DNA of 64,000 nucleotides from Bdellovibrionales bacterium (lineage in GTDB: Bacteria; Bdellovibrionota; Bdellovibrionia; Bdellovibrionales; JAUICD01). Under the pieces are notes generated by a model. It was not told the DNA's origin, ran no database searches, and saw nothing but the letters and a program-made list of their open reading frames with translations. Positions 19,824 to 30,524 of this stretch are shown here, in pieces. The stretch is from NCBI GenBank assembly GCA_965262715.1, contig OZ253553.1:160001-224000 (forward strand), in the 5' to 3' direction. The position numbers and the translations under genes are program-made. Each line of letters starts with the position of its first letter. Positions within the stretch are counted from its first letter, which is position 1.

Positions 19824-20699
19824 ATGCCTAAAAATAAAGAAGAAAAAGAAACAAAAACATCAAAACAAAAAATCAATAAAAATAGCCCTAAATTATTTTT
19901 TGATAATGAAGATATCGACATTGAAGATAGCAGAGAGGTCTTAGATGATGATAGAGTGTATTCTATTCTAGAAAGTGTTTTATTTTTTTCTGATCGTCCT
20001 GTTACCTTAGATGCTTTTAAATGTGCTTTTGAGGGAACCAATATAAACCTTATCCAAATAAAAAAGTATCTCAATAAATATAGCACTTTATTAGCAGAAT
20101 CAAACAGAGGAGTCTATTTAGAACAAATTGCTAGTGGTTATCAATTAAGAACAAAGCAAGATAATACTGGTTTTTTAAACAAGTTAAAAAAAACAAGACC
20201 TTTTCGTTTATCTCCTCCTTCATTAGAGGCTTTAGCCATTATTGCCTATGAGCAACCATGTGTAAAAGCACGATTAGATGAAATCCGAGCAGTTGATTCA
20301 AGTCATTTGCTAAGAGGGTTAATGGATAAAGGTCTAGTTACCTTCTACGGCAAGAGTGATCTTCCTGGAAAACCTATGCTTTATAAGACGACAAAAAAGT
20401 TTTTAGAAATCTTTGGTTTAAAAAACCTTAAGACATTACCTCAAATGAGTGAAATAGACGCCTTATTGCCAAAGGGAACCATGGAAGAACTCGATAAGGA
20501 AGAAAGCTTACCTCTTCTTGCAGACCTCTCAGAGGATTTAAAGATGAAGTCTAGTGATTTAAGAGAAAAAAGCCAAGAAGATTATAAAAAGACAGAAGAA
20601 CAGCTTAAAAAAATTACAGAGGATTTACTACAAGTTCAAATACCGCAAAAAGAAACCGCCCTTAACTTTTCTAAAGATTCCTCTGACGTGCCTACTTAG
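19824..20699 (+). CDS. scpB: SMC-Scp complex subunit ScpB
   Basis: GYQLRT, LSPPSLEALAIIAYEQP, GKPMLYKTTKKFLEIFGL. Confidence 0.95.
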   Translation: MPKNKEEKETKTSKQKINKNSPKLFFDNEDIDIEDSREVLDDDRVYSILESVLFFSDRPVTLDAFKCAFEGTNINLIQIKKYLNKYSTLLAESNRGVYLEQIASGYQLRTKQDNTGFLNKLKKTRPFRLSPPSLEALAIIAYEQPCVKARLDEIRAVDSSHLLRGLMDKGLVTFYGKSDLPGKPMLYKTTKKFLEIFGLKNLKTLPQMSEIDALLPKGTMEELDKEESLPLLADLSEDLKMKSSDLREKSQEDYKKTEEQLKKITEDLLQVQIPQKETALNFSKDSSDVPT

Positions 20700-20816
20700 A
20701 ACTCATCTTAAAAGCCATGAATTTATTATCTATGTTGTAGGATCGATTTAAAGTTCCGGCAGCTGATCGCCCAATTATCGGGCTGCCAGAGACCGGATAG
20801 ATAAAGATACTTTAAT
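20696..20816. mobile_element. MITE-like remnant: D-type end overlapping the scpB stop codon, plus family B tail
   Basis: TTAGAACTCATCTTAAAA contains the scpB TAG; CCGGATAGATAAAGATACTTTAAT is shared with the element at 11211-11402. Confidence 0.65.
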
Positions 20817-20851
20817 ATAAAGTCATACAAAATATAAATCTAAAATCTACT

Positions 20852-20899
20852 TCGAAGTGCTACTTCGATCTATCAGGATTAATCGAAGTAGCACTTCGA
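20852..20899. promoter_or_regulatory. Perfect 18-bp inverted repeat, operator-like
   Basis: TCGAAGTGCTACTTCGAT-12 nt-ATCGAAGTAGCACTTCGA; each arm is itself TCGAAGT-N3-ACTTCGA. Confidence 0.75.
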
Positions 20900-20900
20900 T

Positions 20901-22091
20901 ATGTCTAAAAAGACCTTTCTTTTTTTCCAATTATGTGTTTATAATGAAGCCATGTATAAAAGGATTTTAAATTTACCTCAAAAGCAGTCTTTTTTATTAT
21001 TAGGGCCTCGTCAAACAGGTAAAACCACTTTATTGAAAAAGCTCTTTCCAAAAGCTTATTGGATTGACTTTCTTAAATCTGAACTTTATAGACGTTACAC
21101 AATCTATCCAGAGTCTTTAAGGCAAGAAGTTTTATCTGACCCCACAATAAAGCAAGTTGTTATTGATGAAGTTCAAAAGTTTCCTCAAATTTTAGATGAG
21201 GTTCATTGGTTGATAGAAAATAAAAAAGTGACTTTTGCTCTTTGTGGGTCAAGCGCAAGAAAAATTAAAAGACAGGGGGTCAATCGTTTAGGTGGTCGGG
21301 CTTTAAGATATGAACTGTCTGGTTTAACCTCAAAAGAGATTGGCAAAAACTTTGATCTCAAAAGGATGCTCAATTATGGTTATTTGCCCTCAATTTATTT
21401 ACACAAGCACCCTCAAAGAGCTTTAGAAACTTATGTATCTGATTATTTGAAAGAAGAAATTGTTCAGGAAGCACTTATAAAAAAACTCCTTCCTTTTTCT
21501 CAATTTTTAGAAAAAGCAGCTTTATCAGATACAGAAATGGTTCAATACTCTAATTTTGCTAGAGATTGTGGTGTTTCTGACAACACCATTCGAGAGTATT
21601 TTGAGATCCTTCAGGACACTCTTATAGGTCATTGGGTGCATGGTTACAGAAAGAGATTAAAACGTCGTCATGTTTTTAAGCCTAAGTTTTATTTTACAGA
21701 TGTTGGAGTTGTCAATCTTTTAGCAAAAAGAAGAAGCTTGCAACCTAAATCTTTTGTTTGGGGGAAGGCTTTTGAAAACTGGGTTTTCCATGAGTTAATG
21801 TGTTTAAAAAAATACAAATCATTATTTGATGATATTTTTTATTGGAGGCTTGCAAGTGGCGGTGGAGAAGTGGATTTTATTATTGATGATATGAGGCTTG
21901 CTATAGAAGCTAAAGCTGTTGACTTTGTTCACTCTGATCACTTGAAAGGTTTAAGGCAGTTGAATAAAGAATGTCATATCAACAAGAAAGTCATTGTCTC
22001 TTTAGATCAAAGAAAACGAAAAACAAGTGATGGTATTCTTATACTTCCTTATAAAAATTTTACAAAAGAAATTGAAGGTTTATTGACCTAA
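20901..22091 (+). CDS. AAA ATPase with C-terminal DUF4143-like/nuclease-like domain; start probably ATG at 20952
   Basis: GPRQTGKT Walker A, IDEVQK Walker B, GSSARK, PKFYFTDVG, EVDFII..AIEAK. Confidence 0.88.
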   Translation: MSKKTFLFFQLCVYNEAMYKRILNLPQKQSFLLLGPRQTGKTTLLKKLFPKAYWIDFLKSELYRRYTIYPESLRQEVLSDPTIKQVVIDEVQKFPQILDEVHWLIENKKVTFALCGSSARKIKRQGVNRLGGRALRYELSGLTSKEIGKNFDLKRMLNYGYLPSIYLHKHPQRALETYVSDYLKEEIVQEALIKKLLPFSQFLEKAALSDTEMVQYSNFARDCGVSDNTIREYFEILQDTLIGHWVHGYRKRLKRRHVFKPKFYFTDVGVVNLLAKRRSLQPKSFVWGKAFENWVFHELMCLKKYKSLFDDIFYWRLASGGGEVDFIIDDMRLAIEAKAVDFVHSDHLKGLRQLNKECHINKKVIVSLDQRKRKTSDGILILPYKNFTKEIEGLLT

Positions 22092-22629
22092 ATGAAGATA
22101 GAAAGGTGGAATTTTCGCTGTTACAATGCAGGGATACATGTTGCCGGCTTTCAACTACTTACCTTTATGTAACAAAACCTAAAAATATTAGAAGCCATCT
22201 CAAAGATACTGCTAGAGATAACAGTTTTAGAAAAACTCTCTCCTATAAGTTATGTAGTTGAATATAAAGTTAAGTGATTTTATAAGTTATAAGCATAAAA
22301 GGATTTTATACCACTATATTTTCGCCTTATGGCTTCTCCTAAAAAGAACTTCAATAAAGTCTAAAAGACTACTCTACTTTGAAAGCGGAAAGGTTATTTT
22401 TTTCTTTATTCGAGTATTTTTTACAGGCTGCTACATCAAATTACCTGCTTATTTTGTAAAGTTTATAATGCTTCGAAGTTATTCACAATTAAAGTAAATC
22501 TTTTCTTGTTAATATTATAAATTATGATATATTTAAGATATTTTTAAAGTAAGCTAAAAAATAATTAATTTAATTTTTTGGGCACAGATACCAATGTTAT
22601 AAACTTAAGACTACTAGGATGATTATATT

Positions 22630-24259
22630 ATGAACTCTAGACTCCCATTTGTTACCTATATCTGTATTTTATCATGTCTTGCAGTTCCAAGATTAGAAGC
22701 TTCTGGCTTATCACAAACTCCTGTATCTCATTGATCTTGGGCGTATGGAATTGCGCTCAGGAAATTATGAAGAGGCGATTGCTCATTTTGAACAAACCAT
22801 AGCTATTGATCCACAAAACGCTGAAGCCTATTATTATCGTGGGGTTGCCAATACTGCTTTAGGTAATTATGAAGAGGTGATTGTTGATCTTGATCAAGCC
22901 ATAGCTATTGATCCACAAAACGCTAAAGCCTATTATTATCATGGAGTTGCCACAACTCATTTGGGTAGTAATGATGAAGAAGCTATTGCCTATTTTGATC
23001 AAGCTATAGCTATTCATCCAGAATATGCTGTAGCCTATTCTTATCGTGGGCGCGCAAAACAAAGACTAGGTTATGATGATGCAGATGTTGACCTCTATTT
23101 TGCCCGTGCATTGACTTGGTGGTCTTTGCGAAATACTCCTAGCTATGGAAGAAATGTTATTATTAATTTTAGTCGAGCCATAGCCATTGATCCACAAAAT
23201 GCTAAAGCCTATTATTATCGCGGGATGGCCAATGCGACTTTAGGAAATGATGAAGAAGCAATTGTTGATTTGGATCAATCCATAGCTATTGATCCAGAAA
23301 ATGCTTTAGCCTATTTGTATCGTGGAATTGCCAAAGCTGATTTAGGAAATGATGATGAAGCGATTATTGATTTGGATCAATCCATAGCTATTGATTCAGA
23401 AAATATTTTAGCCTATTTGCATCGCGGACGTATAAGGGCAAGATTAAATAACTATGAATATGAAGAGGCGACTGCTGATATAAACCAAGCTATAGAATAT
23501 TCTCATATCTTGCTTGATTATGGGCACAGAGACTTCCGACGAGATAATTTTGCAGAAGCTATTATTGATTATAGTTTATTTATAGATACCAATAATAACA
23601 CTGATAGCTATCGTATCGCCACTGCTTATCTTTATCGTGGGCTTTCCAAAACTAACTTGGGTAATGATGAAGATGTTACTGCTGATTATATTCAGGCTGT
23701 ATCTATTGATCCAGAAAAATATAGTATCTTATCTGATTTTGGGGAACAAGAACTTCAACAAAGCAAGTATGAAAAAGCTATTGTCTATTTTAGTCAAGCC
23801 ATAGCTATTTTTGATCAAACCATAGCTATTATAGATAATAATTTACAAAATGATCCATCTCCCTCTTACCACAACCTTCGTCGACACCTCCGCTATCAAT
23901 ATGTTAATAGCTATGTTAATCGTGGGCGCGCAAAGGCTGGCTTAGGCAATTCTGAAGAAGCTATTGATGATTATAATCAAGCCATAGTTATTGACCCAAG
24001 AAATTCTAATGCCTATTTCCATCGTGGGATTGCCAAAGCTGATTTAGGTAATGATGAGGGAGCTGTCGATGATTATACTCAAGCCATAGTCTTTAACTCA
24101 AGAAGTTCTAATCTCTATTTGTATCGTGGTGGGATTGCCAAACAAGTCACAGATATGAATTATAACACTAGCAAACGAATATATTTTCATCGTAGACAAG
24201 CCAATTTCAGGTTAGGCAGATATGGAGATGCTTTTATTGATAGCCTTTTTACATTTTAA
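22630..24259 (+). pseudogene. Secreted TPR-repeat protein with a frameshift after the signal peptide (TPR ORF 22745..24259)
   Basis: ATG at 22630 encodes MNSRLPFVTYICILSCLAVPRLEA...SH-stop; the TPR frame (LIDLGRMEL...AYYYRGVAN...AIAIDP repeats) is offset by one base. Confidence 0.7.
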
Positions 24260-24282
24260 TAGGGCCAAATGAGGTGTACCCT

Positions 24283-25065
24283 TTATTTGGAGGATCCGTT
24301 CCATATTTTACTCACTTCTGAGATTCCCATTGTTGTTAATTCTCCTGTTTTCCGTTTAGCTTCAAATTCATTAGGTGATAAGTAACCTAATGAAGAATGT
24401 CGCCTTTTTTTATTATACATACCTTCGATAAACTTTGGAATACTTCTTAATACATCTTCAAAAGTTTTATATTCACACAGATGAACTTCTTCTCGTTTTA
24501 AAGAGCTAAAGAAAGATTCAACAAATGCATTATCCCAACAATTGGCTTTTCTCGACATACTGATCTTAAAGCCTTTTTCTTTAAGCTTGTAGGTATAATC
24601 TTTACTGGTGTATTGCACACCTTGATCACTATGATGAATACATCCTTTAGTATCTGATCTCTGCTCTAAACTCATCTCTAAAGCTCCTAAACAAAGCTCT
24701 GTGTTGATCTCTCTAGAAATAGCCCACCCTACAATCTTCCTTGAAAAAATATCTAAAATCACTGCTAAAAAAACAAAACCATCTTGAATCCTAATGTATG
24801 TGATATCTGTTACCCAAAGCTGGTTGGGTCTATTCACTTCAATGCCAAAAGTTAAATTCGGATAAACTCGATTTGAATGTTTAGAATCTGTGGTTGAAAC
24901 TCTAAAACCCTTGTAAATCAAAGCTTTTAAACCGTATTTCCGCATAATCCGAGCAATTCTCTTGCGGTTGGCTTTAATACTCTTCTCTTGCTCAAGTTCC
25001 AATTGAATACGACGTATTCCATACATCGGATATTTACACTGTATCCTCTCAATCTGCTCTTTCAA
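24283..25065 (-). CDS. IS3-family transposase OrfB (DDE); the frame stays open up to the frameshift site
   Basis: YGIRRI, WVTDITYI, HHSDQGVQY, DNAFVESFF, YNKKRRHSSLGYLSP. Confidence 0.95.
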   Translation of the reverse strand: MKEQIERIQCKYPMYGIRRIQLELEQEKSIKANRKRIARIMRKYGLKALIYKGFRVSTTDSKHSNRVYPNLTFGIEVNRPNQLWVTDITYIRIQDGFVFLAVILDIFSRKIVGWAISREINTELCLGALEMSLEQRSDTKGCIHHSDQGVQYTSKDYTYKLKEKGFKISMSRKANCWDNAFVESFFSSLKREEVHLCEYKTFEDVLRSIPKFIEGMYNKKRRHSSLGYLSPNEFEAKRKTGELTTMGISEVSKIWNGSSK

Positions 25066-25136
25066 ATCAAAATCCCTTTGCTCTCGCTCTTGCTGTGAAA
25101 CCTTTCTCTTGTAATAGTAGCTGCTTAAAGGTAATC

Positions 25137-25487
25137 CTAACGCTTTACACGTTTTTGAAATTGATCCAAATTCTTGCCAGTGATTACAGACGATCTCACG
25201 CTTCTCCTCTGTTGAAGCTCCTTTTTGGCCTTTTTTAAAAACTCGTTCTCTAAGCTGAGCTGTCCTACCTTTGCCTGAAGTGCATATATTTGTCTCTCTA
25301 GAGATCTCTCCCTTGATGAAGGGGTTCCCAAAGGTGTCCCTTGTTGATACTTCTTAAACCACTCTAAGACTGTTTGGCGATGAAGTTGATGCTCCCGGCA
25401 AATCTCTAACAAAGATCTGCCTTCATGCATCGATTTACAAATAGCTTCCTTAAATTCAACATTAAATCGTCTTCTTACTTTGCCCAT
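25137..25487 (-). CDS. IS3-family transposase OrfA (HTH)
   Basis: RRFNVEFK..ICREHQL..W, coiled coil, ENEFLKKA. Confidence 0.92.
   Translation of the reverse strand: MGKVRRRFNVEFKEAICKSMHEGRSLLEICREHQLHRQTVLEWFKKYQQGTPLGTPSSRERSLERQIYALQAKVGQLSLENEFLKKAKKELQQRRSVRSSVITGKNLDQFQKRVKR
25230..25236 (-). other. Programmed -1 frameshift site A-AAA-AAG
   Basis: TTA AAA AAG in orfA; the -1 frame is open from here into orfB. Confidence 0.85.
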
Positions 25488-25855
25488 GATCTTCCTCCTG
25501 ATCTTATAGCTTTTTATAGCTAAAATTCAGGAATCTCAAGTGAGTTACTTTATCACTTAACTCTCCAGTTTATGGGGTACAGACCACTTAAGACTGGTAC
25601 AGTAGCGGGTGCCATTACTGGTCTTGGCACTCGTATTATTATTACCACTAACATTGCTCTACTTGCTATTAAAAGTATTGCTTATAGCATTTTTGAGAGG
25701 GCTTCATATTATCTCGAAACGGCAACCACTCCTAGTAATCCCTAATGAAAAATTTATGATATTGGCATAAAACAAAGTCAAAATAACAAATTGACATCCT
25801 TCGATAAGCCTTGTTCATCTTATATAAAGACAGTAAGCCTCAAGCACTCTAGGTC

Positions 25856-26818
25856 ATGTATTATACTGATAATGCGGACGGAGCTTATACAACAGAAAAA
25901 AGAGATTTTATGAAGATTTCACAGTTTTTCAGGAGCAATGTACATTTCCATCTGACTTATTTTGTGATGAGTGGGATATTATGTTTGCAATTTACAACAG
26001 TTATGGGGTTTGACATGAGCGATGAGGGAATAGAAAAAGCTATCCGACAATACCTATCTATCATCTATGAACCTTTTGACGAAGAAATAGATGCAGACTT
26101 AATCAATCGTTACATTCAAGTTATTAAAAGACATTCAGATGTTTTTCAGTACCTAGCAGATGCTCAAACCGCAACTGAAGTTTTACCTTATCTTGATGAA
26201 TACAATGTTTTGACACTCAAGTACACAAATCGACCTTTAGACCCAGACGTGAAAGTCATATTTACAAACCACCCATTAAAAAGAACTCCTCATGATTCAA
26301 GCTCCTATAATGCCGGAATTTGTGACCCAATAACTCGTGTTATTCTTCTAGATCGCAACTTTTGGGAGTATCATAACCAGAATGAAAGATTGAAAAAATC
26401 TGTTTTGTTCCATGAGTTAGGACATTGTGATCTATATCGAAATTATAGTAATGAAGAAGATAATTCAGAAGGTCCGATTGATCATACACATTTTTCTTTA
26501 ATGACTGATAGAGGACTCTTTTTTTCAGCAAGTCTCTTATTACCTGACCCATTCTTAAAGGCATCGCATGCAAGAGCTATTAGACCATTAGAAGAAGCTT
26601 ATAAAAATATATTTGATGCCAACTTAGATAGGGTTTTAGAGGCCATGTTTGAGGAGCTTTTCTCTGAAGCAAGAACTTCCTTTAAAGACTTAATTATTGG
26701 CAAAGTATGTTCTTACAACAATTCTCAAGAAATATGCTCTTATCAAAGCCTATCTCCAGAGGAAATGTTTCAAACTTTTCGCAGAGCTATAGACAGACAT
26801 AGAAATCTTATCTTATAG
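25856..26818 (+). CDS. Putative secreted zinc metallopeptidase; start uncertain
   Basis: AGIC...ILLDRNFW...VLFHELGHCDLYR (HEXXH), downstream SLM Met-turn-like. Confidence 0.6.
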   Translation: MYYTDNADGAYTTEKRDFMKISQFFRSNVHFHLTYFVMSGILCLQFTTVMGFDMSDEGIEKAIRQYLSIIYEPFDEEIDADLINRYIQVIKRHSDVFQYLADAQTATEVLPYLDEYNVLTLKYTNRPLDPDVKVIFTNHPLKRTPHDSSSYNAGICDPITRVILLDRNFWEYHNQNERLKKSVLFHELGHCDLYRNYSNEEDNSEGPIDHTHFSLMTDRGLFFSASLLLPDPFLKASHARAIRPLEEAYKNIFDANLDRVLEAMFEELFSEARTSFKDLIIGKVCSYNNSQEICSYQSLSPEEMFQTFRRAIDRHRNLIL

Positions 26819-26873
26819 GCATAGATAATAGCAGTATAGACCTTTGAAAAAAACAATGACTGAGTCAGTAAAA

Positions 26874-27707
26874 TTAAGGTTTAGCTGTGAGGATAATACC
26901 TGAATACACTATATCTATAAACTTATCCTCTGGTTTTGGAAATGGAGAAGCCTTATCAATTGCAGTAAGTACTATCTCATCAAATCTAGTATCTCCAGAT
27001 GATTTAATGAGTTCCCTGTTTATAACATATCCATTAGGATCTAAGTAAATCTTTACAACTGTATTTAAATTATCAGAAACTGCAAGCCATTGCGGCAACT
27101 CCCAGTAAGATTGAATATGACTGTGAAGCACGCCGATGTAATTATCATAATCTAATTTATCAAGCCCTTCTAAGGCTGTTCCTGGCACGATTCTATTACC
27201 TTTAACAAGATCTTCCTCTTCTAGCATGCTTTGAACTTGCTTGAGATGTTTAAGGCGTTCTATAGCTGATTGACCTACTTTTTGCAATTGTTTGTCATAA
27301 ACAAAAGAAGGTTTTGTCACTTCCTGTGTTTTTTGAGACTTTTTTGGAGTTTGAACCTTTTTCACTGGAGGTTTAGGAGGAACTTCAGCTTTTTTTAATT
27401 GAGGTTCAGGTTTTTTGGTCTCTATTTTAGGTGGGACCTTTGTTTGATTGATCACAACGCTCTTACGAGGTGCTTGTTTGTCAGGTAGAGCTACCATATC
27501 TACTTTGATAGCAGGAATATAAGTTATATCCTCTCCTTTAAAAAAAAAGAGATTGATTATAAATAAAGAAAAGATAAGACAATGAAATAAAATCGACCAT
27601 CCTAAAAAAGAATTAAAATGCAATTGGCCATTAATCTGTCTCAAAAGGTTTATCTCTTTCTTATTACATGAGTTTTTATCTAAACTGCGCTCTTGGAAGA
27701 GTAACAA
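26874..27707 (-). CDS. tolA: TolA/TonB-family energy transducer
   Basis: N-terminal TM with S-x3-H, Pro/Lys-rich linker, C-terminal WELP...KSSGDTRFD..ASPFPKP. Confidence 0.75.
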   Translation of the reverse strand: MLLFQERSLDKNSCNKKEINLLRQINGQLHFNSFLGWSILFHCLIFSLFIINLFFFKGEDITYIPAIKVDMVALPDKQAPRKSVVINQTKVPPKIETKKPEPQLKKAEVPPKPPVKKVQTPKKSQKTQEVTKPSFVYDKQLQKVGQSAIERLKHLKQVQSMLEEEDLVKGNRIVPGTALEGLDKLDYDNYIGVLHSHIQSYWELPQWLAVSDNLNTVVKIYLDPNGYVINRELIKSSGDTRFDEIVLTAIDKASPFPKPEDKFIDIVYSGIILTAKP

Positions 27708-28098
27708 GTCCTATATTAGCAATACCTGCGGCTTTAACCTCCCCTATAACCTCAGCAACAACCCCATAATCTACACTTCTATCTGCTTGAATATAAACTT
27801 GCTTATTTGTTCTAGTTTCAAAAATAGCCATAAGCTTTTGTCTCAAAGATCTTATAGACAAATTTGCAGCTCCAGCTTTGATCTGACCATCTTTGTGAAT
27901 AATTAAAACAAAAGGGTCTTCATGAACAGCAACACCTGAACTAGCAGTCTCTGGTAAATTAACTTCAATCCCCTGTTGCATCATAGGGGTAGTGACCATA
28001 AAGATAACTAGGAGCACAAGCATAACATCCACAAAAGGAGTGATATTGATTTCACTCAACATGCTATCTCTAGAATCTTTGCTTTGATGCATACTCAT
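27676..28098 (-). CDS. tolR: TolR/ExbD protein
   Basis: EINITPFVDVMLVLLVIFMVTTP, IQADRSVDYG. Confidence 0.9.
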   Translation of the reverse strand: MSMHQSKDSRDSMLSEINITPFVDVMLVLLVIFMVTTPMMQQGIEVNLPETASSGVAVHEDPFVLIIHKDGQIKAGAANLSIRSLRQKLMAIFETRTNKQVYIQADRSVDYGVVAEVIGEVKAAGIANIGLVTLPRAQFR

Positions 28099-28855
28099 CA
28101 GAAGTACTCCTAAAGAATTTTTTCTTAGCTATATTTAAAAAATCAGAATTAAAATGATCCAAATCAACTTCTATTTGTTTAACTGTTGATAGATATTGAT
28201 TGTAAAAAATAACAGCTGGAATGGCAACGAGCAAGCCAAAAGCCGTTGCAATAAGAGCTTCAGAGATACCAGGGGCTACAACTGCTAAATGAGCAGCACC
28301 TGTTGTACCGATCTTTTGGAATGCATTCATTATTCCCCAAACAGTTCCAAAAAGACCTATAAAAGGAGATACACTACCGATAGTTGCAAGAAAGCTTAAA
28401 CCAAATTCTAGTTTTGTTGTTTCTAAGCCTGTCGCCTTTCTCAAAGATCTTTTGACACTATCTATATCTACAATATTAAAAACTTGTTCCTTACTTAAAG
28501 ATTTATGTTTTAAGGACTCCCCCGCGTGCTTCAATTCCTCAAAACCGGCATTAAAGATCACCTCTGATGGGCTATCATAATTGTTGCTATAGCTTCCATG
28601 ACTAATAGCATTCCAAGAAGAGGCATTCCAAAAACGCTTTAAAAAAAGCGAGTCTGCTTGTTTGATTTTTGAAAATTGCTTAAATTTCATAAAAATGATT
28701 GACCATGACAAAATAGAAAAAACAGCAAGTAATAATAGAGTTAATTGAACCACTGGGCTTGCAGACAATATAGAATCAATTGCATTGAAATGAATATCTA
28801 CATTCAAATTCCCACTACTATCTTCAATTGTGTCTTGAGCATATAACAAAGTCAT
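28070..28855 (-). CDS. tolQ: TolQ/ExbB proton channel
   Basis: LATIGSVSPFIGLFGTVWGIM, VAPGISEALIATAFGL. Confidence 0.9.
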   Translation of the reverse strand: MTLLYAQDTIEDSSGNLNVDIHFNAIDSILSASPVVQLTLLLLAVFSILSWSIIFMKFKQFSKIKQADSLFLKRFWNASSWNAISHGSYSNNYDSPSEVIFNAGFEELKHAGESLKHKSLSKEQVFNIVDIDSVKRSLRKATGLETTKLEFGLSFLATIGSVSPFIGLFGTVWGIMNAFQKIGTTGAAHLAVVAPGISEALIATAFGLLVAIPAVIFYNQYLSTVKQIEVDLDHFNSDFLNIAKKKFFRSTSDEYASKQRF

Positions 28856-29007
28856 AAATTCATTATTCCTCTAAAGTTACAGATAAAGTTTGATATTTAT
28901 AGTGAAAAAGATTTATCTTACAAAATCAACCGTTGTTTAAGCTGTTGCTCGAGGACTACGAGATCTTGCTATAAATATCAAATCAATGGAAAAACAAGCC
29001 TATAATT

Positions 29008-29553
29008 TTAACTTTTTTCAATTTGCGCAAAATCAAGTTCTACTGGTGTAGGTCTTCCAAAAATATTTACTAAAACCTTAACCGTACCTTTTTCTGGATG
29101 AACCTCTTCTACTGTACCATTAAAGTTACTAAAAGGTCCTTCTTTTACATGAACAGATTCGCCAGGTCTAAAAGATACTTTATGTCTTGGTTTATCCACA
29201 CCTACAGTCATTTGCTTTGTGATTTTTTGAACTTCGTGATCTGGAACAGGAGATGGATTGGTGGAATGACCTACAAAACCTGTGACCTTTGTAGAACCTT
29301 TTATCAAATGCCAAGTTTCTTTAGTTAGGTGCATTTGTACAAAAATATAGCCAGGGAAAAACTTTTGTGCGGTTGTTTGTTTTTGACCCTTAACAAGTTC
29401 TACCACATTCTCTGTAGGGATTAAGACTTGAGCGAACTGGTCTTCAAACCCTTTTTCTTTAACACGGCTTTCAATAGAAGCTTTAGCTCTAGCCTCATAA
29501 CCTGTTTGGGTATGAACAACATACCATTGAAAATTTTCTGGTGATTTACTCAT
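29008..29553 (-). CDS. nusG: Transcription termination/antitermination factor NusG
   Basis: WYVVHT, KFFPGYIFVQM, KOW GPFSNFNGTVEE, IFGRPTPVEL. Confidence 0.98.
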   Translation of the reverse strand: MSKSPENFQWYVVHTQTGYEARAKASIESRVKEKGFEDQFAQVLIPTENVVELVKGQKQTTAQKFFPGYIFVQMHLTKETWHLIKGSTKVTGFVGHSTNPSPVPDHEVQKITKQMTVGVDKPRHKVSFRPGESVHVKEGPFSNFNGTVEEVHPEKGTVKVLVNIFGRPTPVELDFAQIEKS

Positions 29554-29633
29554 TTCTTCCTACTTTGATTATAATAAGTCGTAGATTATTCATTTATATT
29601 ATTGTTCTCTTAAGTAGTTTTCAACAATATAAA

Positions 29634-29879
29634 TTAAAACTCATCTCAAAATTACTTCTAATATCCACGTTGTCAAAACAACCTCTTACTTAAGTACCAT
29701 ATAAAAGGACTGTTTCACTCAAAATGGACCTTTCCGGCTTTCCGTAGGGCCACTATCGTGGCTCTCGTCAAGTCCGTCCATTTTGAGTAAGAAGCCATCT
29801 TTCTTTAGTTATATTATGTTTTGTATTTTGCAATTTTGTATTATTTACCGCTATCATGTATTTTTGAAATGGCTTCTAA
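29634..29879. mobile_element. Complete ~246-bp MITE-like element between secE and nusG, carrying A6
   Basis: Ends TTAAAACTCATCTCAAAA and (reverse complement) TTAGAAGCCATTTCAAAA; the right end contains the secE TAG. Confidence 0.7.
29711..29820 (-). repeat. Family A structured element, divergent short copy A6
   Basis: Perfect outer stem ACTCAAAATGGAC/GTCCATTTTGAGT followed by GAAACA; shortened interior. Confidence 0.7.
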
Positions 29880-30256
29880 ATACTTATTATATAATCTACA
29901 ACATAATTGGATATGAGATCGAAAATTCCTAGCAATATCCCCGATATAATCAACATAATAGTGACGACTACTGTCATACCCATAGTATCTTTTTTAGAAG
30001 GCCATACAACTTTTTGCACTTCTACTATAACATCATCAGCTCTTTGAACAGTACGACGATTAAATTGAAGAAATAAAAACATAGCAATCCCTAAAATCAC
30101 AGGAACGCCATGAATAATAAAATCCCCTTGCAGGTACCTAGCAAATACAGCCCAACTCATTGATAATGTATCAATAATAACGCTGACAACATAAGATGTG
30201 CAAATGGCCAGCCCAACAAAGCAAACAGTGATATATTTTTGGTTACTATTTTCCAT
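29876..30256 (-). CDS. secE: Preprotein translocase subunit SecE
   Basis: Three TM helices, EVQKVVWPSKKDT motif, upstream of nusG. Confidence 0.93.
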   Translation of the reverse strand: MENSNQKYITVCFVGLAICTSYVVSVIIDTLSMSWAVFARYLQGDFIIHGVPVILGIAMFLFLQFNRRTVQRADDVIVEVQKVVWPSKKDTMGMTVVVTIMLIISGILLGIFDLISNYVVDYIISI

Positions 30257-30524
30257 AAAGTTTGTTTAACAGCTTAAATAATAGCAAGTCAAGGTAGAGA
30301 TACTTGTAAGTGACAATTTATGACTCTTTCAATAAATAGTGACACTATAAGCTTTCACTCTAGATTTAATTAAATTTTACTAAACTCACTTTATTTTAAG
30401 ATGATTTCATTAAACTCGTCAAAGAAATTGATATAAAAAAATATATAAATTGGTATATTTCTTGAAGTGTTATAAATAATAAGGTGATAAAACTTAAAAA
30501 TAAAGTCTATAAGGAAACTTTTTA

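Larger units (their letters stand above)
24270..25586 (-). mobile_element. IS3-family insertion sequence
   Basis: TG...CA ends, imperfect IRs TGAGGTGTACCCTTTATTTGGAG and TGGTCTGTACCCCATAAACTGGAG; orfA/orfB; no target duplication visible. Confidence 0.9.

Noticed and set aside
22258..22497. 79-aa ORF
   Set aside because: TTG start, no RBS or motif, in an AT-rich spacer.
30450..30466. Sigma-54-like promoter TGGTAT-N5-TTGAA
   Set aside because: Lacks the conserved GC at -12.
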